From assembly GCF_009914755.1 (NCBI RefSeq), contig NC_060935.1: DNA of 64,000 nucleotides; one strand, written 5' to 3'. The notes below the pieces were generated by a model. The model searched no databases, was not told the origin of the DNA, and saw only the letters and a list, made by a program, of their open reading frames with translations. Positions 38,210-53,168 of this stretch are shown in pieces; positions within the stretch are counted from its first letter, which is position 1; every line of letters starts with the position of its first letter. Source of the stretch: the human T2T-CHM13v2.0 reference genome, Homo sapiens. Both the position numbers and the translations under genes were made by a program.

Positions 38210-40289
38210 TTTTTTTTCTCACTACTTTAAAGATTTTAAAGTGGAAAATTCAGTGGCTTTTAGTATGTTTACAATGTTGTCCAACATCATCATTATCTAA
38301 TTTGAGAGCTCTTACATTACACCAAAAACAAACCCATATCCATCAAGCAGTCATCTCCCATTTTCCCCTCCCCCTCAGCCTTTGGCAGCCACGAATTTGC
38401 TTTCCATCTCTATGAATTTACTTATTCTGGACATCTCACAGAAACGGAATCATACAATATGCTGCCGTTTGCTTGTGGCTTTTTTCATTTAGCGTAATGT
38501 TTTCAAGGTTTATCCATATTGTACCATGTATCAGTAGTTTGTGTGGTGGAATACTCTTCCATTGTATTGACATACCACTTTTTGCTTATCCATTCACTCG
38601 TAGGTGGACAATTGGATTCCTTCCACTTTTTGGCTTTTATGAATAATGCTGCTCTGAAAATTTGTGTGCACGTTTTTGCTTGAACACCTGTTTTCAATTC
38701 TCTTGGGTCTATAGCTAGGAAGGGAATTACTTGCTTACATAATAATTCAATAATATGTTTTTGAGAAAATTCCAAATTATTTTTCACAGCAGCAGAACCA
38801 TTTTCCATTTCCATCAGCAAAGTATGAGGTTTCAATTTCACCACATCCTTTGCAACATTTTTCTTTAAAAAAGTTGATAACCATCCTAGTGGGTGTGTAG
38901 TGGTATCTCATTGTGGTTTTGATTTGCATTTCCCTAATGACTAGTAATATCGAACATCTTTTTATGTGATTTGGGGTCATCTGTATGTCTTCTTTGGAGA
39001 AATGTCTATCCACAATCTTTGCCCATTATATAAATTGGGTTGTTTGTCATTCTGTTGTTGAGTCATAAGAGTTCTTCATGTAATCTGGATACTAAATGCT
39101 TATCAAATACATGGTTTGCAAATATGTTCTCCCATTCTGTAGGTTCTTTTCACTTTGATGAATAAAAGCTTTTACTTTTGTTGAAGCCAGTTTTATCTGT
39201 TTTTTTTTTCTCTATTGCTTGCGCTTTTGTTATCATATCTAAGAATCCCTTGGCAAACCTGAGATCATGAAGATTTACTGCTATGTTTTCTTTTAAGAGT
39301 TTTTTAGTATTAGATCTCACATTTAGGTTTTTGATTCATTTTAAGTTAATTTTTATATATGGTGTGAAGTAAAGATCCAACTTCATTTTTTTTTTTCAAA
39401 ATGTGGCCATCCAGTAGCCCCAGCACCAATTGTTGAAAAGATTATTATTTCTCCCATTGAGTGATCTTGCTACCCTTGCTAAAAATCAGTTGACCATAGA
39501 CTCATGATTTATTCCTGGATTCTTGATTCCATTCCAATGATCTAAATGTCTACCCTTGTGATAGTACCACACTGTCATGATTACCATTGCTTTGTAGTAA
39601 GTTTTGAAATGGGAAGTTGTGAATTCTTCTACTTTTCTTTTTTAAACATCACTTTGGCGATTCTGGATCTCTTGCAATTCCATATAAATTTTAGGATCAG
39701 CTTGTCAATTTCTGCAAAACAGTGAGCTGGAATTCTGTTAGAGAATGTGTAAATTCAGACATCAATTTAAGAAGTATTGTCATCCTAACAAAATTAAGTC
39801 TTCTGTCCATGAACATGATCCCATTTATTTAGATCTTTTAAAATATCTTTCAGCGATGTTTTGTAGTTCTCAGAGTATACTTCTTTTGTTAAATTTCTCC
39901 TATATATTTTATTCCTTTTGATTCTATTTTAATGAAATTGTTTTTAACTTAATTTTTGGATTTTTCATGGCAAGTTGTATGGAAATGCAATTGATTTTTG
40001 TACACTGATCTTGTCAGGATTGTGGTTGCTCTTTATCAGAGTGACAAAGTTCCCTTCTGCTCATAGTTGGTTGAATTTTTTTTTAATCATGAAAGGTTAT
40101 TAGATTTTTATCATATGCTTTTTCATATGTTGAATTGGTCTTGCATTCCTGGGATAAATCACATGTAGTCATGGAGTAGAATCCTTTTAATATGCCTCTG
40201 TATGCTGATGGTTGGAATTTTGTGTTTGTTTTCAGAAGGGATGTTGGTCTTTTCTTGTGATATCCTTGCCAGGCTTTAGTATTAGGATG
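38210..40289 (-). mobile_element. L1MB-type LINE: 3' UTR and broken ORF2 C-terminus
   Basis: Minus-strand ORF remnants 38777-39013 (DRHFSKEDIQM...IREMQIKTTMRYH) and 38503-38844 (IPFLAIDPRELKT...CTQIFRAALFIKAKKWK) are L1 ORF2p C-terminal sequence, followed by an L1MB-like 3' UTR. Confidence 0.9.
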
Positions 40290-41439
40290 TCTCGAGGAGA
40301 CTATTGTGATTGATGTAGGGACTGTACTGGCATTCAAAGTTTCAGGCTTTTATCCACCACACTCTTTATTCTATCTTAGATTTGTCTGGTTTCGTAGGTC
40401 TAATTGTTGGGCGTCAAGCTATTCCTTCCACCTGAAACCGTTTTCTTACTCTCCCAGATGCATTTGTCAAAAGTCTATCAAGACTCATATCGAAGGCCAC
40501 TAGTTCTGGGAGAACAGTTCTAGCTCTTTAACTGGAAGCAATCACATTAGTCTTGGGCTCCCATAGAACGTTATACAGAGCTTCCTTACTTGCACCTATT
40601 GCCTTTTTTTTTTCATAAACAATGAACAGCTGGTGAATCAGCAATTGCATATGACCTATTTTATCTATGTCCTAGTCCACAGAGTGGTACTGATAATCTG
40701 TTCACAATTACACATTACTGTAATGTTTGTGAGATATAATTTTTGTAGTTAATTTTTTAAAGAAATTTTCCTCACCATTTTTTGGTAGTTTTATAAACAT
40801 TTGGTTACTTCAGGGATGGGCAGGGGTGAGGGATTAGGGATTTACCTATGTGAACATGATCTTTTGTGGTGGAGGAAGAACGAAAAGCCCTTCACTGGAA
40901 TGTGAGCTCTGGGCCCTGGATCCTGACTTTATCATGACTATGTTTTCAGCCCTTTGGCACCCTAGGCACAAAATATACACACTCTGGGAATGTTGGTGAG
41001 TTAAATGTATCCCATTTCCATGAATAGCTCTTTTCTGTATGATCCTTGTCTGTCTGACTTTTAGCATCATTTCTTTGAGTCAGATCTTCATATCTTAGTA
41101 CATTAGAAAAGTCTTTCCTATTCCTCTTCTTTTCCTTTGCTCTTTCTTCTATTGGCATTGAAATATCTTGTTTCCATAATAAATACAGAAATATCAGTTT
41201 GAGGGGATTGCATGTCAGGTAAAAATTAAGTTAGTTCTATATGGGATCTTAAACCACCTTCCTCCACCAGCTTCCACTCTAGCCCAGTCCCCAAGGTTAA
41301 CTTATCTTGAGGGAAGCCTGGTGCGGGGAGCCAAGTAGAACTTGTTCACTGAGATGCAGTGTTCTCCCTCTAGGAAAAGGCCAGATGGTACAGGTGGTAC
41401 ATAGGACCAAGTATTGTCAGAGTGCTGCTAAGGTGAAAA

Positions 41440-41615
41440 AAACCACATGCTTTGGAGTTTTAAACAGACTTACATTCAAATTCTCATTTTTTAAACCTAT
41501 GATTTAGATTTTTTGGGCAAGTTTTTTTCTGAGCCTCAGGATCTTCACTGTAAAACAGGAGTCATAAAAGCTACCGCATAGGATAATGAAGAGGATAAAG
41601 TGGGATGCATGTGTT
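41440..41615 (+). mobile_element. MIR
   Basis: CTTTGGAG...TTGGGCAAG...TCTGAGCCTCAG...CTGTAAAACAGG. Confidence 0.6.
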
Positions 41616-42599
41616 TGCTGAACATTATGTTCAACTTGATGAGTGGATAAATGATGTATGATGCCCACCATCAAACTACAGTTGGCCTAAAATCATTGAC
41701 TTAGGCAATGGCTTTCTAAGGAGGGAATATGGTAGGAGTAGAGGTTTCCTGAGTATTTTTATCACTGACATTGTTTAGGATTTCCAGAATAATATGGAGA
41801 CTAAAAAAAAAGCATTCTTACTTTTGATTGTTATCACTGCTTTTAAATTCCCTGCAGACAGTGGACCCCTTTATTGCTTATACCCCAAATGGACTGCTCT
41901 CTTATTCCCCCTAACCCCACTTCCCTGAATGTCTCTTCAATGGAGATGGGACTTGAGGATTATGGAAGAAATACTTGGCCCTGTCTGTTCCTCTGGGTCC
42001 TTGCTTGTAGACTCTGAGTTATTTCTGAAACTCTTTGCTTGTTCAATCTGAAAAGTAGTTTGCAATGGAAATTTTTCCCCCTTGAAATCCTTGTTAATCT
42101 AATTGCAATTGAAATGCATAAATGAAATGACAAAAGCTGCATTTTATCAGCAATTATAGTAATTTTCTTTTATTTACTGGAGTCTGACCTCTGCTGTATT
42201 GATGAATTGCACTTTTTCAAGGTCTATTTTCCCATCAGCAAAGTCAGGTTGTTTATAAAATGATTGGCATAAAATGTTGTTCTCCCCTCACCTGTTTTTT
42301 TCCTTCATATTTTAAAAATGTGTTCTGGGTTTGAAGAAATTGACTAGGAATTTATGGAGCCTGTACATCTCTATCTGAGTGGATATTTTTTACATGGAGC
42401 TTTAAAGCATCCAACAACACTCTTTTCAATGCTGAAATCTGAAAAACAAGCAGCATTTAACATCTCAAGTCTCTGTCTTCTTTTGAGTCCTTATAGATTT
42501 GATTTGTAAAATTTCCACCTATTATATTTTCAATCTTTCATCTGATTGCTCTTTTCCAAGGTGACATTGTCAGGAAGTCACCATGGGAAGCTTGAGATG

Positions 42600-43630
<1,031 letters not shown>

Positions 43631-44829
43631 ATACTATCTAATATTTGCTCAATAAGTCCCAGTTTCCTTCTCTTTTCACCTTATTCCTCAAAGTACCAAT
43701 TTCTTTATATGTAAACTGTGTATAAAGTTACTTTTCTTGCCTAGCTGCATGCATTGCTCTGAGGGTCAAATGAGCTATTGGCTATAAATCTGCAATATAG
43801 ACTTGAATACTTGAAAGCATTTTCTAATGTTAATTTTTTTTGCCCTTTTTTGGCACTTTCATCTAACACCCAATCACACCCCACCATCCCTATGAACAAC
43901 CCTGACTGAATACAATATTTCAGATGGAGATCCGAAGCCCCCAGACAAACCAAATATGATAAATAAAACCAAAGCCAAACACATAATGAAGTGGACCCTG
44001 ACTAAGGTATGCAATGAACTCATATTAGGGGTTTATTCAATTTTTGCCCCCTTCCCGTCAAATCGTATGATGTCCAGGCTTCAGATAGCTGCCTCACATT
44101 GTACACGGTGGGTCTCAATTCCTTTTTCATGGATGACCTTGTAGTCTAAGCAAACGATAGTTAACATTGTTAATGAGAGTTGATATTAGCATTCACCATA
44201 TGCCAAATGGTAAACTGCTAAACTGAATGGATTGTCTCATTTAATTCTCGCCAGATCCTTGGAGGTGCATACTGTTATTTTCTTCATGTACAGATGGGGA
44301 CACTTCAGACTCTTCAGAAGCTGCCCAGTTGGTAAGAGGTAGAAGGGAGTTGAGAGGCTACAGACTTAACCCTCATGTTCTAGGGCCTTTCAGGACTGTG
44401 TGTCTGGTTCTCCCTCTGCACTGTGGTCTCCTGACTAGGGTCTTTTAGGTGGCAGGAGCTTGGCCTGTGGTACGCTTGCTCCTCCAGACTTCTAGGAAAC
44501 ATTCTGAAGTGGAAATACTCCCACTGGAAGCATTGCAGTGTGAGCGAAAATGTTCTGTTGAGACACAAGGTCTAGATTAAAAATTGTGGCTTCCTGGCTT
44601 TACAAGTGAGCCTCTTTTCCACTTCTGGAAGATGCGTAGAAAAAGAAATCAACCTCATAGACCTGACAGGAAATGGAATGAGATATTATAAGTGGCAACA
44701 CTTAGACAATGCCTTAGTCAGCGGGATACTTGGTGAATACTAGTTTGAGCCTCCTGGAGCTTTAGTTTTGCCATTCATGAAAATGTTTTTTTTTGGATGG
44801 TATCATATTAAAGCTTGGCATCAATTCTG

Positions 44830-44960
44830 TGTGGTGTTTGGATGTGTGTGGATGAGTGTGTATACGTGTGAGTGTGTGCGTGTGTGGGTGTGTGGGACTG
44901 TGAGTGAGCATATGCGTATGTCTTAGTGTGTATGTATGAGTGTGTGTGTGAGTGTGATTG
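44830..44960 (+). repeat. Degenerate (TG)n microsatellite
   Basis: About 130 bp of interrupted TG/GT repeats. Confidence 0.85.
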
Positions 44961-46249
44961 CCATTTCTCATCTTATGAAGGAGGAAACAGGCACAGAGAA
45001 AGGTTGTGAGCTCGTCTCCCCTAGATAAATGGCTCCTGATTTGAGAAGCACAGTGACCAAGGCATGCCATGGGTCACCTGAGAACTTACTGCCATTATCA
45101 GGTTTGCTCAAGTCAATTCGGATGACTTTCCCTCTATTTGCACTGTGCCCAGTCTGGTGAAGGATAAATGTTTCTGTTGCACCATGTGTCTCAAAAGTTC
45201 CTCAGTCAAGAATGTAAGATATGTGGCTTACCAGGCAGAGTTAGGCCTATGACCTAAAAACAACCTCTTTGATCTCATTCTGTTGTCCTTTGCTGATTTT
45301 TTTTTCCAAGCTGATCATTATACCTTAAATGTCTTTGGCTGTAAGGGTGCTGCCTGTGCCATCCAGGACTGAGCCCCTCCAGCACAGAGAGGAAGAGTAG
45401 GTTCTTACCCTCAGGGAGGTCCTGGACGTTGGGGAAACCAATGCTTAAACCAGGACTCCAGAAGAGTTACACAGAATTCCCTAGAACATACACTTGGTAT
45501 GCTCTGTGGCTGAAAGTCTCACAAAGTGGATCTGGAGCTTGTCCTTGAAGAGCCTGGTATAGCTTACCAGGATGGGAAAGTGGGAAAAAGTGGTTGGGTG
45601 GAAGGACATGTGGGCAAAGGCATACCACCACAAAGGCCCATTGCACAGAATCACCCTCTTTCTAGAATATGCTAGAGTCAAGCCCACATTAAATCTTGAA
45701 TCTGCAAAGCAACAGTTGGGTAAGTATTTCAATGGTGGCTCCCTAGCCAGGAGAAAACAGTACCCAACAGTCCTGGCCCTTCCCTTTCCCGGCAACTTAT
45801 TTCTATACTCATCATTTTAGCTCTACCAAATATTTAAAGTGTGAATAATGGTGATCCGTGGTAAGGGAATCCAAGTCTGATATTTCTCTTCATGGAGATT
45901 AATAATTGTAATTTTCCCTGTGGCTGGGGGGAGAAGTGGGGAGAGTTGTATAAGAAGAATGGTCTACCCCACGAGGAGTTTAGGTCTCAAACAAGGCTTA
46001 ACTGGACAATTACAGCTTTGCATGCTGTTCATAGAGGAGTGTGATGCAGCAGAAATTACCCCAGGGCATGGATGGCCTCATGGGTAGCCCAAGACAACCA
46101 AGTGTCATTCTGGGATCTCAGCTGACCTGTGCCCAGCCCAGTGTACCTTTCTAAAGGGCAGTTCTGTAGCTGCTCTTGTGCCCTGAACAGTGCCCTATAC
46201 ATGTGACACATAATTGATAAACTCAGCATAAAAATGAGACAAAGAATCT

Positions 46250-46445
46250 ATAGCATAGCAGTTAAGAGCAAGGATAGTAGAGCTAGGTAGAGGCAGAACA
46301 AATCATGGCCAGTCACTCCCTAGCTGTGTGACCTTGGGAGAGGTAATTCACTTCTCTGAGCCTCTGTCTTCCTCATCTGTTGGATGAAGGTGTTGTGAGG
46401 ATATATATGATGCACTTGAAGCATAGTAGAAGCTTAGTAAATGCA
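46250..46445 (+). mobile_element. MIR
   Basis: TAGCATAGCAGTTAAGAGCA...TAGCTGTGTGACCTTGGG...CTCTGAGCCTCTGTCTTCCTCATCTGT. Confidence 0.8.
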
Positions 46446-46461
46446 GGGCCATTTTCTTCTT

Positions 46462-46773
46462 CTTTCTTCTTCCTTTTTTTTTTTTTTTTTGAGACAGACT
46501 CTTGTTTTGTCACCCAGGCTGGAGTGCAATGGCATGATCTTGGCTCACTGCAAACTCCACCTCCCGTGTTCAAGTGATTCTCATGCCTCAGCCTCCTGAG
46601 TAGCTGGGATTACAGGCATCCATCATCATGCCTGGCTAATTTCTGTATTTTTGTAGAGATGGGGTTTCATCATGTTGGCCAGGCTGGTCTTGAACTCTCC
46701 TGACCTCAGGTGATCTGCCCACCTCGGCCTCCCAAAGTGCTGGGATTACAAGCGTGAACCACTGTGCCCTGCC
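46462..46773 (-). mobile_element. Full-length AluS (Sx-like)
   Basis: Both monomers, CCTGACCTCAGGTGATCTGCCC. TSD CCATTTTCTTCTT on both flanks. Confidence 0.92.
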
Positions 46774-46954
46774 CATTTTCTTCTTTTCTCTAGATTTGTT
46801 TACCCTACTATTGTACATGTCCTGTTCAGAAAAAGAAAATGTGAAAATAAAGTGTTCAGGGGCATTTAGCATTTTTCTGAGTGGGTTCTTCACCTGGTGA
46901 CAGTGGCTACTTCCAGAGGATGGGATGAACTGAGCTCTGAATGACCAACAAGAC

Positions 46955-47200
46955 AAGGTAGTATCATGGTTAAGAATATCACTGCCAGTGCCAAGAGCTG
47001 TGTGTTCAAATCCTATCCTTGACTTTCTAGCTTAGTGTCCTTGAGCAAGGAATTTTGCATCTCTGAGCCTCAGTTTTCTCATTTGTTAGATGGAGATGAT
47101 AATAAAACCTGCCTTAGTGGACTATGAGCTTATTAACATATGTAAAGTTCTTGAGTTCTCGGAACAGTGCCTTGTGCATAGTAAATACTACATCATCATT
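46955..47200 (+). mobile_element. MIR
   Basis: TGGTTAAGA...GTTCAAATCC...CTCTGAGCCTCAGTTTTCTCATTTG...GAACAGTGCC. Confidence 0.8.
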
Positions 47201-49019
47201 TGCTGTCAGCCTTTCCTTTTATTGTTTCTTGTCCTAAGAGTTTCTTGTTTTCTAATTGATTGTTATCAATATTTCATCATTTCCCCTTCTTGGAAGAATT
47301 GTGCATCTCTGTCTTTCTGTCCTTCTTGCTCTCATCTTGGACTATGTGTCTTGAAATGCCAGGGCAATGAAGGGAAGGTAATTTTGTATGTGTGGATATT
47401 GATCATTTCAGGTTATGACTGTTGCTTTAAATGTGTCTGAATGCTTCTTGCAGTACCTGTCCTTTTCTTTCATGTCGTGGGAACCTTGCCACATTGCTGA
47501 AAAGTTGAAAAGAAAGAAGAGAGGGGAGTCTACCTTTGACAAAAGAGGAAACCAAGGCAACCCCCACCCGCTCAGAGTCTCTACTTTCACATCTGGAAAC
47601 CAAGGAGTTTCAAATAGATGTTCTCTCAGGGCTCTCGCAGCTCAAAATTTCAACACTAAGACAGTATGAATTTAGTTCATCCAATAGCACAAAAGAGGTT
47701 GAGGGCATAGGGCAAGATCTATTTCACATAAGAATAATGCATTCTCAAAAGCAATGGTGTATTCATGTGGTTACTTCAAAACTATGAGACAATTCTGTAT
47801 CACCCTGTTTTAACAAAATAAAAAAACAAGTTGCTATGTAAGTTGAAGCATGACTTTGGTAATCTTCCTGACAATTAAAATCCTAAAATGAATTGTTCAG
47901 GATTCTCTCATGAATGTTATTGCTAAATAATCTTGGGATATTCCAAAGAGGAGGGATGTCTTCTATAGAAATGGCAACAGTCTCATTCAATACAGGGCAT
48001 GTATTATATTAATTAATTTCTTGTTACTGTCTTTCTGCCCAGGCTACAGTTGGAAATGCACATCATTAATTCAGAGGAACAATCCTCCTTCATTTCTGGT
48101 AGGGGGAGTAGAGGGACCTCTCCATCCCATGATTGATGGCAGTTTTAAATAATTTCTGGTTCCATTTTACTAATAGAAAGTAAATCATCTTTGGCATTGA
48201 CTCCTGTAATGGTTTAAAAAAATCAGTCCTTATAAAGTGACACGTGAGTGTCTCTCTTCTGGTCACATTGTTGTTAGAGATAGCCATTTCCTAACACCCA
48301 GCATAACAGGTCAAGTTTGGTCTAAAGCCTCCTTTCTCAATAAACCATCTCAACAAGGCATTTGGAGGCAGTATATAAAATACTGTAGAGGACTTTATAT
48401 TGCTCTCTGATGTGATCACACAGTTATTTCCGGCATAATGGAATCATGATGCAGGGATAAGGATGCTTAGACTCAGATTCAGGTTTTATTAATGACTTTG
48501 CTGTGGGGCTTTTCCCTAAGCACTTAACCTCTCTGAACCTTAGTGACTTCAACTAAAAAATAGGAAAAACCCAGTCTTCCCCCCTTTTTCCTCCCACAGT
48601 TATTTTGAATATCACAAGATAATGATCTGAATGTACTTTTTACAATTCTAAACTTTTGTAGGTAAGTAATTAATTAAGGAATAGTGATATTCCTTAATTA
48701 TTATTATCGATTACCAGTCAACATAATATTGCTTAAAAAGAAGTATCCAGTAATAACTCTTTGAAATATTATTTCTATACGGTTTTCTTAACATGAAAGG
48801 TCATTGGCAGAGTGAAAACTGCTGATTATATATTGACCAATCAATCAAAAGGTAGGAAAAAAGCACCTACTACGTGTGCCTTGCCCAATTCTGCTAGGTT
48901 CTGTTGGGGAATGTACAGTAGGAACAAGACTTGCCTTCTTCCCACAGCTGTTGTGAGGGTTAAATGACCTCATATATGGCATATTATTTACCTTATTTTC
49001 TCCCTCTCTTCCTCCTTCT

Positions 49020-49840
49020 GTGCCTCTCTTCCTCTAACAGGTATTTAGTGAACACTCAGTGCATGACTCACTGCTTACATGATGATGATAGAGCAGTGCA
49101 CATAACAGAAAGAGTCCCTGCCCTTGGGGAGCTTAAATTTTGGTGGGGATGATGAACAGATAAATACATATGATTTGGTAGAGACAAATGCTCAGGAAAA
49201 AAATCAAATGGGGTAAAGGGATGGAGAGTGTTGGGAGGCTATGTTAGAGTATTTGGGGAAGGCCTCTGTGAGGGGGAAACCCAGATGAATGGAGGAAGTG
49301 AGCCATCTCAATATCTGAAGCTTGTTCTTTGCAGAGGGAACAGCAGTGCAGAAACTTTGGAGGATGGGAACAGGGAACGTCATTATCTGCTTTGATTTTG
49401 GATAGCTCACTCTGGCTGCTGGATGGAGAGCAGACTGGGTGGCAGGAGAGTGAAGCCAGGCCGACCAGTTACAGGGGAGATTTGTTGGGGACAGGAGAGC
49501 GCTGACGGTGGCTCCAACTAGATTGGCAGTGCTGGAGGAGGTGAGAGGTGGTTAGATTCTAGGTATGTGTAGAAGGAAGAACCAACAGGAAGTACTGATG
49601 GAGGATATGGGGAGTGAGAGAAAGAGAGGAACCAAAGGTAGCTCCTATGTTTTTGGCCTGAGCCACTAGACCGAGACAGCTTCCCATTCAGCAAGATGGG
49701 AGACTATGGGAGGACCAGGTTTGTGGGCAGGGGGTAAAAGTCACAAGTTCACTTTTGGAGATATTAATTTATGGATGCCTTTCAGATATTTGAACAGAGA
49801 TGTCACATACACCATCATATTTTTAAGTTAGGAGGGAGAT
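49020..49840 (-). mobile_element. L2
   Basis: AGTCCCTGCCCTTGGGGAGCTTA...GCAGAGGGAACAGCAGTGCA...CTCACTCTGGCTGCT...GAAGAACCAACAGGA...AAGTTCACTTTTGGA. Confidence 0.8.
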
Positions 49841-50759
49841 TGGAGCTAGAGGTGCTGTATTTATTCAAGCATTCACTAAATACTTGCGATGTGTCACAGA
49901 GGTTTAGTCTGATCACATATTTAGCCTTCAATGATTGCTTAGTACAGTACAGTGCGGCTTAGTATAGTACAGTGCTTTGCTCTGAGGCCAGTTAAGTTTC
50001 CAATCCATGTTTCCTTTGGCCCATCAACCTCAGGGTTGAGAATGCGTAGGCCGAAGTAGGGAGTCCCTGTGAACTCCTTCATGGATGCTGGCCACTTGCT
50101 GCTACTCAGTGCCCTCAGGAATCTTAAGAGAGGCAGGGCTCTCTGACAGTCTTGACTTTACATGCAGGAGAAGGAAATACTGATCATCCTGCTTATTCTG
50201 GTTTCTAATCATAAACCCCAGGCTCGACTCAAGTACGGAGTCACAGATTGCACACCAGGATCCCCATCAGTCTCCCCCTGGTTTCCGGGCTTCTTGCTGG
50301 GAGTGTGATGTGTCTTGCCTGAAGCTGTGGCCACGTATCGGGAACTCACATTTGCGGGAAATTAAGAAGTCACAGCAGACAACTACTGCTGGTTCATTAG
50401 CTGGCTGGAAGCTATCACCAGGTAATCCCTTCAGACTGAGAGAAACGGGGCTGCTTTAGGGTAGGGGAGAATGTGAGCCCACTTCGTCCCTACCCAGATT
50501 GAAGAGAACTCCATGCTGGTCACGTCAAGGCCAGAACAGCAGCCAGGGCTGTGGAAGGAGCCCTGCACTGAAGGTCAGGTGGCTGTAGCTCTAGTCCTGC
50601 CACCAGCTCTGTTGTGATGTGTTATATCAGGTGAGTCACATTTCCTGTCTGTTTCTTTATCTGTTTTTGAAGAGGTTGACTTTTAGGACATCTTAGGTGT
50701 AGGTCCTTTCAGCTATAAAATACAATGAGAGGCAGACAGACTCTGTGGTAGAGTCAGAG

Positions 50760-52140
50760 GTGACTTGACCATTGTCCTTTCCTCTGCAGAGGCTTTTCCG
50801 CACTTCCTAAGTGTTGGGCTTCCTCATTTGAGGTTTCTGTTGCCTTTCTTCCCTCTCTGTATGCTTAGGATGGGTGTGTACCTTCCCTGCCAAGGCGTGA
50901 GCTACCACTCATGTGCTGATGGCTTCAATGCCACTAGCTCTAGAGCCAATGTCCCGCTGGGCATCTTCATCCCCAGCTCTTCCGTGGACCCCCTCATGTC
51001 AAGATGCTTAAAACTGACCTTATCACCTTCCCTTCCAAAACTGTCTTTCCCTCTTGAGTTTTGTGCCTTCATTAATGACATTTAGTCTTCCAGTTTAGAA
51101 ATATGGAGGCCATCCTAGCTATGTTCCTTTCATCCACTCAATCACCAAGTCCTGACAGTTCTACATCATTGTCATCTAGTCTCTCCACCCTAGCTTCCCA
51201 TCCTCCTTGCCAGTGTCTTAGCCTGATGACATCTGCATCTTCTCCCAGGCTTTCAGCCTCTGGCTGCCTTTAGGAGTAGTCTTGCAGCACAAGGCCTGAC
51301 ATTAATTTCTTGCTTGAAACCTCCCGTGATTTTCTATTGCCTGGTGAAAAAAATCAGCACCTCGAGTAACTGATCAATGTCTGTTCAAGGAATTAATTGT
51401 TGTTCAAAAATGAAATTTCAATACAAAATACCAATAGTTACTGTTTATTGTACTGGGCTTAAAACTTTATTTTCATTTTCTTATTAAATCTGCATAGCAA
51501 CCCTATGTGGAGGACATTTTAATTCCCATTTTGTAGCTGATATTGAGTCTTTAAGAAGCTGAGCAACTTTTGTGAAGAACTCCACTGGCAAGTGGCAGAA
51601 GTGGAAATGAAATGCAGGTGGGGTCAGACATGCACGGTCTTGTCATCATCTCTGTCTTGCTCCAGCAAGCAGGAGCCTCACAAACGGGCTCAGCTGAGTC
51701 TTTCCATTTCCCATTGATCTCTTCATCTCCTCCTATCATATACCATGTGTTTGTTTTTACTACAACTCAAATCCACCCTGACTTTCATATCATGACGTCT
51801 TTGCTACTTTCTCTGCCTCAGATGTTATTTACACCCAACAAATTCCTACTTCTATTGGAGGCCCCATTCCAATAGCACCTCTGTAAAAACTCTTCTCTGT
51901 AGTAGGCAGAGTCCATCATATTATCTTTTCTGCCAAAGCATCATACTTTGCTACCTTCCATACCACCCAGCATGCTATGATTTGAATGGCAGGTGACTGT
52001 CAATACACCAGAATATTCCAAGCTCCCTGATGGCAGGGACTGTATCTTATTCCACTTTGTAGCAGTTTGTAGCTGTCTTCAGTTCTAGGCTAGTGAGTGA
52101 TGCAAAGGAACTGCTCAGTAAGTGGCTGTTGAATTAAATG
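50760..52140. mobile_element. Degenerate L2 (+) segments with an intervening MIR (-, about 51430-51630)
   Basis: CACTCAATCACCAAGTCCTG...; AAGCTCCCTGATGGCAGGGACTGTATCTTATTC...TGTTGAATTAAATG; MIR AGCAACCCTATG...CCCATTTTGTAG. Confidence 0.55.
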
Positions 52141-52724
52141 GAGCCCAACCTCAAATATTGTGATGGCATTGCTGGTAATGTCAGTGTTAGAACAGTAATG
52201 TATTTTGAGTTATCACACTCCACAGTTTTATGGATCATTACTTGTGCATTCTGCTCTGTGCTATAAAGTTTGGAGGACATTGAAGATGGAAAAGCAGTTA
52301 TCATATTGGCTAACATTAATTGGGCACTTACTATGTTTCTGGCTGTGTAGCTTCTCATTTAATCCTCATGCCAATCATGAGTTACAAAGTGTTTTATTCC
52401 GATTTGTAAGCAAGAAAGAGTGTTAAACCTGACTGAATTCACACACTGAAACATAAATGATAATGCATACTCTCATACTGGGAGATGCAGCAGAGGTACA
52501 GGAAAATGCAATGGACTGGAGATAAGGACCTGTGTCCTAGATAAGAACCCTATTTATAGTGTGAATTTGAGATCTCAGTTTTTTTCCCTCTATGAAACCC
52601 ATACCAGGTCACACAGAGGAAATTTTTGTGGGTCATAAAATCTCAAAGAGACTTGTAGTGGTCCACCACTACCGTCTTCAATGTTTGCTGTGCATTTGGA
52701 ACTTCCTAAACAGGTATTGCCTTG

Positions 52725-53168
52725 TATTCTGGGTTGAATAGTGTTTCCCCAAAATCCATGTCCACCTAAATCTGTGTATGTGACCTTATCTGGAATTAGG
52801 GTCCTTGAAAAATGCAATCTCATTAAGATGAGGTCTGACTGGATTAGGGTAGGTCATAATCCAATGACTGGTGTCCTTTTGAGAAGAGGGAAGTTCAGAT
52901 GCACACAAACACAGAGGACAGCACTATGTAAGGTGGAGGCAGAGACTGGTGTGATATGTCTACAAGCCAAGAACACTAAGGATTACTGGCAACCTCTAGA
53001 CAGTAGGAGAGAGGCATGGAAGAGATTCTCCTGCAGAGCCTCCAAAACAGAACCGACACAGCTAACACCTTGATTTCAGACTCTGAGCTTCCAAAACTGT
53101 GAGAGAATACATTTCTGTCGCTTCACCCAATTTGCAGTACTTTATGGTAGCCCTAGGAAGCTAATATA
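52725..53168 (+). mobile_element. MaLR solo LTR, MLT1C-like
   Basis: GGGTTGAATAGTG...ATGTGACCTTATCTGGAA...GGAGGCAGAGACTGG...GTAGCCCTAGGAAGCTAATATA. Perfect TSD CCTTG (52720-52724 / 53169-53173). Confidence 0.88.

Noticed and set aside
38503-39013. ORFs resembling L1 ORF2p
   Set aside because: Frameshifted remnants of a dead L1MB, so annotated as a repeat rather than a CDS.
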